Source: Ancylonema sp.
Lineage: Eukaryota
DNA: 34,234 bases
Direction of reading: 5' to 3'
NCBI GenBank assembly: GCA_050230475.1
Contig: JBFLGF010000049.1
Coordinates: 62,001-96,234, forward strand
The notes under the pieces are model-generated. The model was not told where the DNA came from, did no database searches, and worked only from the letters and a program-made list of their open reading frames with translations. How positions within the stretch are numbered: position 1 is the first letter of the stretch; every line of letters begins with the position of its first letter. The translations under genes were made by a program, and so were the position numbers. Shown here one piece after another: positions 1 through 10,300 of this stretch.

Positions 1-344
1 CCCAAATCTCATAGAAAATAATGTAATAATAAATTAATAACCTGTCTGAATTATTATTTTATACCTAGCCTGGCATTATTACTTTAAAGAGGTTTTATTG
101 TAGCGAGTGGATATTAGGGAAAACGCTATATAGATGACCTACCTTCTTCATTGAAAACCTCTGCGCACCCGATCTTGTTGCTCAAAGTAACCTAAAATTC
201 AATTTCCTTCGATGTAGTGACGTTGGCTCAATGTCGCCCTATCAAATGTCACTATACAGTGTATAGTGACACCCCTGGCATTCGATGTATAGTGACATTA
301 TTTTCCATTGTCTATAAAATTGTCACTATATCAAGGGTTTACTG
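1..344 (-). mobile_element. Terminus of a pogo/Tc1-mariner-like non-autonomous DNA transposon (other end outside window)
   Basis: Ends ...tgtcactatatcaagggtttactg followed by TA (345-346), i.e. TA+CAGT... on the minus strand. Repeated subterminal tgtcacta motifs, including the perfect palindrome 247-271. The reverse complement of 1-344 aligns by eye with 16655-16967. Confidence 0.75.
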
Positions 345-749
345 TAGTTCGCGGGCATCGGAGCCTAATGAGCCCGAAGCCCGAATCGCAGCCCGTTCGC
401 GTAGGCTCGCAGTGAGGGAACAAGGGAAGGTAGGCGTACGATCGACCTTCGCGGTGAATGATTCGATATGCATAAGTTGAGAGCAAGAGCTGTTGTTCTT
501 AAGTTCCGTTGCAAGCTGTCATGTAGTCAGCTAGGAATAAAAAAATTTGCTCTTCGGGCATGAGAGGTAAGCGACTGTTGTCTCTCTGTCGTTGTGTCAC
601 ACGTGTGCACATGCATAATGGATCCGTTTTTTTTGTTTTTCGTTCATTAAATATCGTTTCTGCCTCTCCTCGTTTCTTCAGTCCTGCATTTCTGCGTCGT
701 TTTCAATGGACACCTCATCGCTTTGCAGGTTGAATGCCGGAGTTCGCAG

Positions 750-3700
750 ATGACAAGAGGATACGATTACGGGGAAGGGTGGAGCACGGACGAAGAGGAG
801 GAAGGGCAGGTGTGCGGCCCGACACGTGGCGCCGCACAACAGGTCCGTCCCCGCCCGCAGTTTGCCCAACCTTCAAACATGGACACCTCGCACGTGGCAG
901 CTGGCTGTCTCGATTCGGCCCGTGCGGGACAAGACATTATCCATGTCACTATATTACTTTCTTTCGGATCATATAACTGGTGGTGAACCTCTGCACCGGG
1001 ATTCTGTATATATTGGTACTTCTCCGGCCGATCTGTGTCCCCTCACCTTGATGAAATGTGCTGCTTCAGCAGCCATAGATAGGGTTGGATAATTTGGTGT
1101 TAAATAAACCGGCAGTATTTAATAAGGTTAAAATTACAAGTGGGGGTATCAATCAATAATAATAAATAAGTCCTACCCTTCTGTGAAAGGTAAAAAAACT
1201 AAGCTTCTGTGAATCGAGAACGATTCTAAGGGCCTAAGAACACTTCAAAATAGGGCCTGAAAACAATTTTGTACTAACATTTCAGGGGCACTTTATCAGC
1301 AGTGTATTTTCAAGGCTAACCTAAGAATATCCATAATTAATAGTTAGGGGTTGAATAAATAATAACTGGTAGTTAGGAGTTGAATTATTATGTACCCCAT
1401 CCCTGGCCATAGATGCTTGTAACCGTAAACCCCTCCGTAATCGTAACCGTAACCCATAACCGTAACCCGTAGCCGTAACCGATACCGCAGCGTGTGCCTG
1501 TATCCGTGGTCCCTCTCCGAACCCCACTTCTCAAATGTGGCCCCCCGCCCCGCCTTCGAACCAGTAGACCCATTGGTCCGAATTGAGGGTCGCATCCTTC
1601 AGGGTGTCAGTGTAGAGAGCGGTTAACCGCCCCGATTGTTTTCCCTCGCCCTCTTTCTTCCAGATTGATTCCCTCTGCGCCCTGTGTGGCGAGGAGGTGT
1701 GGGAGGGGGGTGGGGTTAGAACGGATGGGTGCAACCACAGGTGAAGACCACCCTCTCTATAGGCTCTTTGGGGGTAGACTGTTTGGACGCAGGTTCAGGT
1801 TGTGCTTGCAGATAGTCACAAACATTGTGAATTCTCTGGTGTCTGTCTGGAAAGGTGTTCTTATTCAGAGGGGTGCCTATACAGAGGAGTTGACTCTGCC
1901 ACCCCCCCCCTCTCAGGGTCTGCTGGCGCTACCTCCAGAGTTGGGCTTCCAATGGAGCCCCCACCTGCCCCGCATGCCACCTGGCCAAGGTGCCAGCTGT
2001 ACCTGTACCTGGGGAAGGTGACAGGTGGCAGCCGGAGAGTGCAGACGCGGTGGCACGGACGGACACGTGGCAGCAGGAGGGTGCAGACGAGTTCGTTATC
2101 GAAGACACCAACGTGATGTGTCTTCCCGGTGCCAGCTGTCGTCTGCGATCCGGTGCCACCTGGCAGGGTACAGGCCGACTAGAGGGTGAGCTGTCGGTGG
2201 CGTGCGACTCGTGTGACAAATGGTAAAGTACGGAAATGAACCCCCAAAACCCTACCATAAACCCGAACCCGACCCTGAACCTCAACCCGGTTTGTCGGTA
2301 TCCCTTCCAGGTTTCACGCCCTCTGTGTCCACTTCACCCACTCGGATTCCCACGCCACCTGGCTCTGCCCCTCATGCCACCTGGCGAGCTGCCAGCCTCC
2401 CACTTCTTCCCTCTCCCCCCCCCACCCCCACCTCCACCCCCACCCTCCTAGTGGGGAGGTGAAGGAGGACCCCCCTTCCTCCCCTCGGCGAGAAGCCCTG
2501 ACCAGAATTGCGGCAAAAGTGGCGGCAGAACTACGCAGAGCCGAGGTGCACTCCACCCCCGACTCCATTCTGCCATCTTCTTCTTCTTCTTGGGATTCCC
2601 CTTCTTCCCCCCCCCCACCCTTTCTGGAGGAAACAATTAATGCAGCCTCCCCCTCTCTCCCAGTAGGGGGAGAGGGGCAGGAATCAGAACCCTTGGGGGA
2701 GGGGCAGAAGGGGGGGGGGGGGTGGGAGGGTGGGGAAGTGGATGGGGGGGGGTGGGGGTGCGGTGATGTTGACGTGGCAGAGAGGAATGAAGAGGAGGGA
2801 GAAGGGGGAGTGGGAGGGGGGGAGGTAGAGGCACAGTATGCTAAGAGGGAAAGGGAGGAGGAGGGAAGGGGGTTGGCATCAGGCGGCATGGAGGGGGTAG
2901 AGGGGGGGGAGGAGGTGGTGGGGGGAGAGGGGGAAGGAGAGAGTGGGGAAGAAGAGGGAGGGGAGGGTCCGGAATCAGATGGTGGAGAAGGGGGAGGGGG
3001 AGGGGAGGAGGAAGGAGTGACAGTGGCGGTGAGGGGGGATGGGGTTGGGGAAGGGGTGGGGGAGGGGGTGGGGGTGAGAGATGTTACGGGGGAGAGGGTG
3101 GGGGTAAGAGAGGGGGGTGCGGCAATGGTGCAAGGGGATAGGAATCTTCCGTGGGCGGTGATGAAGAGGTAGGGGAGGGTGGAAGTAGATGAATGGTGGA
3201 GGCATCTTGATATGGGCTCTGCATCTGCTTATGGGCAGTGCACTGTATAGGCATTCTTCCCACTTTAGAGGCCCATTTCTGAGGACGGAATTTATACATG
3301 CTATCTACTCTACCCTCTATAAAGCCACACCGTCTATACAGGCGCCAAAGACAGGCTGGCACTCTAAGGGTGCCAAAATAAAGGATGGCAACCGTACTCT
3401 GGCTCTGTACTCATTCTGTTGTCTTTTCCGTGGTGGTACTTATTCTTTTTGCAGTGGGTGTGGGTGGGGAGGGGACCGGAAGGCAGGAAGGGATACAGAA
3501 CGACACAGGGGCCTCTCCCTCAGTCCCTCCAAGGCCTGGCAGGAGACGGCAACAGAGGGGGTCATGATGGAAACACCTGGGGGGGGTGGCGGAGAGGGGG
3601 GGGGGGGTGGGAGTGCAGACAGGCTTGCACGGCGGAAAGAGATGTTAGCAGAGCCTGTGGGTGGGGAGGAGGAGGGGGGTAAGGGGGGGGTGGGGAAAGG

Positions 3701-4202
3701 TGAGGAGAAGTTTCTGTCTGCGTACAAAGTCGCGGCAGAAAGGGCGAAAGAACTGAGGATGGCACAACTGCCCGCGTCGTCCGGCAGAAATGAGAAGGCG
3801 GTGGCAAAAAGAAGGGCCGACTTGGAACTGAAGGCGAGGTTTGCAAAGAGGATGATGACAGAGGGGAAGAGAGCGGTGGGGGGAAAGGGGGGGGGGGGGA
3901 CTAGGGTGGGCCCCCTGACAGCTGGCAGTGGCGCGCGTCAGAACGCGTCAGCACAGGGTGCAGGGGGGGGGTGGGGGTCCAGATCCATGGGGAAGGGGGT
4001 CCACGTGTCATCTGATCCTCCTTCCGCCGCCATCCGTGGGAGGGCGGCAGCCATGGGGAGGAGGAGGAGGGAAGAGGAGGAGATGCGGTTGGGGGGGAGG
4101 AGGATGGGGGGGGAGGCGAGGGAGGAGTCACTGTGGGTGAGGGGGGGGGGGTGGTTGGGAGGAAGTGGGAGGGATGGGGTTTTTGTGGTGGTTTTGTTTA
4201 AA

Positions 4203-4241
<39 letters not shown>

Positions 4242-6153
4242 TTCCCCCTTTTTTAGGCCAAGTTACCGGATGAAATGAAACCGATGCTGAAGCTCAACCT
4301 TCGAAGCCGGATTCCCACGGCGATCAGACAGGTGGGATGAATTTCCGCCCACATGTTCATTTCCTCATCTTCTTCTTCTTCTTCTTCTTCTTCTTCTTCT
4401 TCTTCTTCTTCTTCTTCTTCTTCTTCTTCTTCTTCTTCTTCTTCTTCTTCTTCTTCTTCTTCTTCTTCTTCTTCTTCTTCCTTCTTCTTCTTCTTCTTCT
4501 TCTTTTTCTTCTTCTTCTTCTTCTTCTTCTTCTTCTTCTTCTTCTTCTTCTTCTTCTTCTTCTTCTTCTTTTTGTTCTTCTTCTTCTTCTTCTTCTTCTT
4601 CTTCTTCTTCTGCTCTTCTTCTTCTTCTTCTTCTTCTTCTTCTTCTTCTTCTTCTTCTTCTTCTTCTTCTTCTTTCTTCTTCTTCTTCTTCTTCTTCTTC
4701 TTCTCTTCTCTGCGCATCTTCCTCCCCCTCCTTCTGATATTCATTTTGTCGGAGTGGACAGATTGGTGGGATGTTTTGTGCACCAAGAAAAAAAAAAAAA
4801 AAAAAAAAAAAACATTTTTTTGACATAAAACGCCCCCCCTTCCTTTTTATTTTCTTCTTTTTTTCCAGACCTATTTGAGCCAGTGGGTTTCCCTCCACCT
4901 CTACCTCGCCCGCCCCCCTCTCCTGGAAAGAAATGAAGAACCGGAAGCAGCCATTGCGGCTGCGTTGAGTGCAGAATCGTCCATCTTTGGAGGGGCGGGA
5001 GGGAAAGGGGTGTATGAAACCGTGTCAAAACGCGCCTTGGGGCAGGCATGGGCTGCCGCTAGGCACAAACGGAAAGAAGAGGAAGAGAGGGGGGAAGAAG
5101 GGGGAGAAGTAGAGGAAGGAGAAGAAAAGACGGAGGAGGGAGGACAGGGGGGGGGAGAAGAAGGAGAAGCAATGAGGATAGAAGAAGAAAGAGAAGAAGA
5201 AGAAGAAAAGAGAGGAGAAATAGAAGGAGCACAGAAATCCGAAGTAGGACCAGAACAGAAGGAAGAGGTCGGAGAGGAAGAAGGAGAAGCAGGATATTCG
5301 AATGCTACGGTAGATGGTGATGGTGGGGCGCATGAGGACGTGCCACCTGGCGGGGTGCGAGTGGCGGAGAAGTCCAACCTGTATGCAGGTGGTTCTTTAC
5401 CGTCCGCTGACGTCATCGTGACGTCACAGGCGGTGACGGAGGCCCTTCGCGCCACAGGATTGATCTCTGACAGCCCCCCATCCAGTCCTGACCTGCCAGG
5501 TGGCAAGGGGGGGTCCATGATGGCCGACGTGGACGCCAGGATACGTGGATTGAGGCCAATCATCATGTGCCACGTCAGAGCGGACGGGGGAATGCGGGAG
5601 GAGGATTGGGAGGGGGGGCAGAATGGTGGGGGCAGGGGGGGGCAAGTGTGGGGGGAAGAGCTTGGGGATGAGAGAGGAGGCATGAGGGGCATGCCAGGTG
5701 GCGATTCGGGTACGGCTGAAGAAGGAGAGCCTCTGATTGGTGTGGGGCAAGGAATGGAGGAAGGGAGGGAGGAGGGAGGAAGGATGGGAGGATGGGAGGT
5801 GGGAAAGGAGGTCACGGTCGGTCAGCAGGTACCGGAAAACGATCTTCGTGTGCATGCTATATGTAGGAGCACATTTCAACTCATTTTTTGGTGTTTTTTT
5901 TTCTTTTTTTTTTCCTTTTTTTCTTTTGGGTCAGGTCGAGTTGTTTGTTGTAGAGCATTTGCAACCTCTGGTTCGTAGTGCTGTGATTGATAGGGAGCAA
6001 TGCCACTGGGCGGCAAAGAAGACGACGGCCAAAGTGATGCAGCACCACGCAGGCGCCACGTCAGCACAGTTTCTTATAACAGAGGGGAGCAAAGTGAGGC
6101 GGTTGGCGGAGCAATACGTGGAGAGCTACAAGAAGCTTGAAGCATCGGGTTGA
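750..6153 (+). CDS. RING + PHD finger protein with C-terminal SRI-like helical domain (At4g10930-like), 8 coding exons, about 1078 aa
   Basis: Exons 750-809, 1664-1740, 1917-2222, 2311-3168, 3455-4136, 4257-4331, 4869-5828, 5935-6153. All introns are GT-AG with consistent phases (3237 nt in total). RING: CALC...CNHRVCWRYLQSW...CPAC. PHD: CLPGASC...ACDSCDKWFHALC...WLCPSC. Central block AKLPDEMKP...RIPTAIRQTYL and C-terminus VELFVVEHLQPLVRSAVIDREQCHWAAKKTTAKVMQHH...FLITEGSKVRRLAEQYVE match my recollection of the plant At4g10930 family. The start codon is uncertain: ATG 560 with intron 567-681 is an in-frame alternative. Confidence 0.88.
1080..1405. mobile_element. hAT-type MITE (326 bp) in intron 1 of gene 1
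   Basis: Ac-like imperfect TIRs tagggttgg / cagggatgg (reverse complement of right end); perfect 8-bp TSD gccataga at 1072-1079 and 1406-1413; AT-rich interior. Confidence 0.85.
1418..1490. repeat. Degenerate (TAACCG)n hexamer array, probably subterminal repeats of an older DNA transposon
   Basis: tgtaaccgtaaac...ccgtaatcgtaaccgtaacccataaccgtaacccgtagccgtaaccg, following a catagatg end like that of the MITE at 13001. Confidence 0.6.
4368..4703 (+). repeat. (TTC)n/(GAA)n microsatellite, about 110 units with a few interruptions, in intron 6 of gene 1
   Basis: Directly visible; lies between donor 4332 and acceptor 4868. Confidence 0.97.
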
Positions 6154-6603
6154 ATAAAAAATATCCGATTAACCTTGAGAAGGTTGTCACAAACAGGTTA
6201 TTCATATCAATAACTTGTTGCAAATAAATGTTTGTATATATAGCATAGCGGGCCTCTAGGGGAGTGTTTGTTTGTACTCTACCGGGGGTCCGCTCTCCTC
6301 CTCTCCGCCTTTGGGTGAGCTTCTCATCCCAAATGTACAGTAGGTAGAGGGGATGCCAAGCCGGGGCAGCTGCTGAGCTGAGGGAAGACACAAAAAGTGC
6401 GGAGGGGCTCGGAAACAACTTGGGACTTAGATAGGTCCCGGACACGCGTGTCCGGACCGTGTCCCGGACGTGTCAAGGCTCCAAGGGGTCCGGAGATCCT
6501 TGGGCACTTCCGGGGCCGACTCAAAATGCAACCCGATACGAAATACCCGGTCTTGACTCCTGGTCTCGAAACATATCACGCAAATCCCGTGTCAAAAGTT
6601 TAA

Positions 6604-6776
6604 GATTGAAACATGTCTGAATTAATATTGTGCTAATTAATAACATGTCTTATCTAGTAGTAAATTTTCCGCTCGATTTCGGGTAATCACCCAGAATTTG
6701 ACGTGTTAATTAATGATCTGCCTTAATAAATATACTTTTCCGGTCCGGACATTATTAATTAAGACATGTTTCATTG
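6604..6776. mobile_element. Tc1/pogo-like MITE (about 173 bp)
   Basis: TIRs tgaaacatgtctgaattaata / tattaattaagacatgtttcattg+TA; related copies at about 32713-32843 and 18853-18910. Confidence 0.7.
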
Positions 6777-6912
6777 TAACTGCACGAGTGAGCGAATTTA
6801 GCAAATCCGGCGGTTTTCTAGCGAGGAGAAAAGTCAGAAAATGCTGTCAGCATTAGGGTGATCCCCCAATCGCAAAAATCCTAACGGGTGGCTGTTGGCC
6901 AACCGCAGTAGT

Positions 6913-7321
6913 TGTTTTTAGGGGCTGTGAACTTTTGTTATATCGATTTTAGCAATACCGGAAATTTAGCTTTAGTTTTGTCGTTATTCAGCAAATGCAG
7001 GCTGCAGCCCGATGTCCCTGTTTCAATGATTACTAGGCCATCTGGCACAAGTGTCGATAAGAACAAGTCGACGTGGCAGAATACTTAGATATGATTGGCA
7101 GTTGACTAAGTAGTTTCGATAGCAGTAGATCCTTTGACCAGGCAGCAATCGACTGTACTAGGTCTGGGCTTGCATGCCAAATTCTTTAATCAATACTTTC
7201 TACTTCAAACTTGCACTTTTGTGTTGTGTCAACGTTTGTAATGACGTGATCTATTTGATTCAAAGAGATTAAGAAGAAGTAAACTTTATTTTTGCATCGA
7301 TGGCAGAAGAAAGTTATCACA
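6913..7321 (+). repeat. 5' LTR of copia copy 1
   Basis: Direct repeat of 11904-12324; ends ...gttatcaca just before the PBS. Confidence 0.93.
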
Positions 7322-10300
7322 GTGGTATCAGAGCACGGTACTGCATTCTGGATGGAGATAAAGTTACCTAACAAGCATGGAGATCTAAGGCCTCAGCTAC
7401 TCTTGATGATGCCGAGTGTCTTGAGATCTGCAAAGGAACAGAGACTATTCCAACTGAGGTTATAGCCAGATTTGATGATGAACATTGGCTAAATGAGGCA
7501 AAAATGGAGCAGTACACACTTGATGTCAGAAGCTTCCGCAAAAGATCAAAGAATGCAGTCATGCTACTCATGCAACTTGTCAGTGATGACATCGCTACAT
7601 CACTTGAACAATTTGAACGAGATCCAAAGGCGATGTGGGACTATCTGACAGAGGAGACTATCTGACAGAGGAGTATGACAAGGTGTCTCCAGAATTACGA
7701 CAGATTGCAAAAGAAAAGCTGAACTCTTTCAAGATCGATGAAAAGATGCCAGTCAACTTTTCTGTCGATCATCAGAGAGTGTGTACATCAAAAAATTACA
7801 GTCAGCGCAGAAGATAAGGTGATGGCATTGTTTGCGGGCATGTCAAGAACAAAATACGGCAGGTTGAAGAAGCTTTACTATGGACAGAAAGAGGCACCTG
7901 GGATCAGCTGGATCTGGGGTTAGATGGGAATGGATGAGCTGGACGACAAGAAAGAAAAAGATGTCAAAGATGCTGAGGCACTAGTTGTAGAGGCAAACTA
8001 TGCTAAGTGGTTAGCGCAACATAAATTTTCAAGCCAAGGCAGAGGTGGTGGTATCGACAATCGTGGAGGCAGGGGTACATTCAGGGGGTATTCAGCAGAT
8101 CGTGGAATCATAGGTGGTCGTGGAGGCAGAGGTGGAGGCAGTGGATCAAGTGGAGAACAATCCTGCTATACTTGTAGAGAGACAGGTCACTACAGCAGAG
8201 ACTGCTCCAAGAAAAACGAAGAATGCAAATATTGTGGAGCCATTGGTCACGTGGAATTAACATGTTTCGACGCAAGAAAAACGAAGCTCCACGAATGCAG
8301 AGAAAAGGGGTACGCACGGGGAGAAAAATAGCTTTCGTTGGTGAAATCGATGAGGAGGAGAGCTGTGGTCATGGAGAAGCTGTCGTTGCTGAGATCTGTG
8401 AAGGAAGTTGCAGATGACGATGATGCAGAGAAAGATTTCCTTTTCGACGATGGTTCCAGTCACCATTCCTGTGGGCAGAAAACTTTTCAAAATCCTCGAA
8501 GACATTCCACATGAGGTCATCATGCATCATCTGGTCGGAAGTGTGCGAGTGAAGCAGTGGGGAACAATTGAGCTGAATACTCAGTGAGAGTGTGGAGGAG
8601 TAACACTCAAGAAAATGTTTGTACATTCCTGGGATGCGCATTAATTTGTTCAGCGGTCAGAAAGCGAGAGAAGCGGGGTGGTCTTACACTTGCAGTGGAA
8701 AAGCTGGTGGCATCATTCCAGTTTACAACAAATCTGGACAACAAGTCTGCACTCTGCAAGAAACATCGAAGGTCGAAAAACTCTAATCTGCACACCGGTT
8801 CTCGACATCAACAACTTACTGAAGGGGAAGCTGTTGTAGTTGCTGTCGAAATCAACCTCCTGCACACAAGACTTGGGCATGCAAATGAGGAGTGCTCAAA
8901 AATGCTGGCACGACAACATCTTGTACGAGGACTGGAAGGAGGCATCTCAGGAGTTCTGCAAAACTGTGAAGGGTGCAAGCTGGGGAAGGCACACGACAAA
9001 CCTCATCCTCGACGAGAAGCTGGTGCAAGAACAAGTCTGCCTGGGAAGTGTCGGTGGACTTGGCATGGCCGTTCAATCCAGCATCAATAGGGGAAGGAGT
9101 GTACAACATGGTGCTCGTCGATGAATACAGCCGAAAATCCTGGGTGGAAATACTTCGCAGCAAAGATGATGCAGCTCCTCGTCTGAAGCAATGGATCGCA
9201 ATCTGGGAAAGACAAGCTGGGAAACCTGTTAAAAATCTGAGATCAGATCGAGGAGGAGAGAGTTTATCGATGGTGATCTGCAAAAGTGGCTCAAAAATAG
9301 AGGCATCAGACATGAGACAACTCCCGCCAAACACTCCTCAAGACAATGCAATCACAGAGCGCATGAATCGTACGTTGCAAGACGGGGCTCGCTCTATGCT
9401 TTTGCACATGCAACTTCCTCCTGGTCTGTGGGCGAAGCATAGCTTCATACCTCAGAAATCGATGTCAAGTCAGCGGACTTCCAAAAACTCCAGAGGAGAT
9501 GTGGTCAGGAGAAGTTCCAAAGATTGATCATCTTCGATCATTCGGCTGCAAAGTTTATGTGCGACTGGAGAAACAAGATCGGGCTGGGAAAATGAGTGCA
9601 CTGGCTTGGCTTGGTGTGTTAGTTGGATGGAATCCCGACAGTCCTTGCTACCGAGTCTGGGATCTTGCAACGAACAAAGTACACAACTTTGGCACTGGTC
9701 ATGCAGACTTCGATGAATCTGTCAAGCAAAAAGCTGGTGGAGGGGACATAAAATTGGCAAGAAGGCAAGAGTGCATGAGCCAATTGCTGAAACAAAAACA
9801 AAAATGTCATGGCCAGATCTGGATGCAGCTGATCAAGGAGCAGGAGGGGGTAGTGTTGGTCTCGGAGGGGGCATTTCTGGCGGTGGGCAACCTGCCTATG
9901 GCGATCCAAATTCTGTCGATGAAGAGATCCCTGAAGCTGTGGGAAATCCATTGCCACAGCTTCCGAGATCTCCTCTTCCTCAGAGTGCAGATCTTCCAGA
10001 ACTTGTCAGCAATTCTAGTGGAGGCGATGAAGACAAGATCATCTGGAAGCTGGTCCAGAAGGTATCCAGATGATGCTACTCCTTTTAATCGACTTAGCGT
10101 GAACGACAACTTTCCAGAAACTTCTATCGATGATCCTGAGCCTATTCGTCGATCTGCAAGGGAGAACAGAGGAATGCATCCCAACAGATTTGCTGTGCTT
10201 TTGTTGCCAAATTTGGAAAGTGAGATAAAGACACCAACGAATGTGGAGGAAGCTCTTAACAGTCCGAAAGCAGCTGAGTGGAAAGCTGCAATGGCCGCAG

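Noticed and set aside
1751..1888. Small MITE in intron 2 (cctctctataggc / gcctatacagagg)
   Set aside because: Only a 13-bp imperfect inverted repeat and no TSD; insufficient support.
1418..2290. Interstitial telomere (TAACCG array; aaaccct/aacccg motifs at 2238-2290)
   Set aside because: Short and degenerate, not a clean TTTAGGG or TTAGGG tract; both lie in introns.
4253..4898. Poly-F/S/L/E/K/R ORFs in the ORF track
   Set aside because: Artefacts of the intronic TTC microsatellite and homopolymers.
2314..5879. Long Pro/Ser-rich minus-strand ORFs (e.g. 2314-2889, 4901-5815)
   Set aside because: Antisense shadows of the G-rich exons of gene 1; no domain signal.
7323..7334. tRNA gene
   Set aside because: Only the 12-nt PBS complement is present; no cloverleaf.
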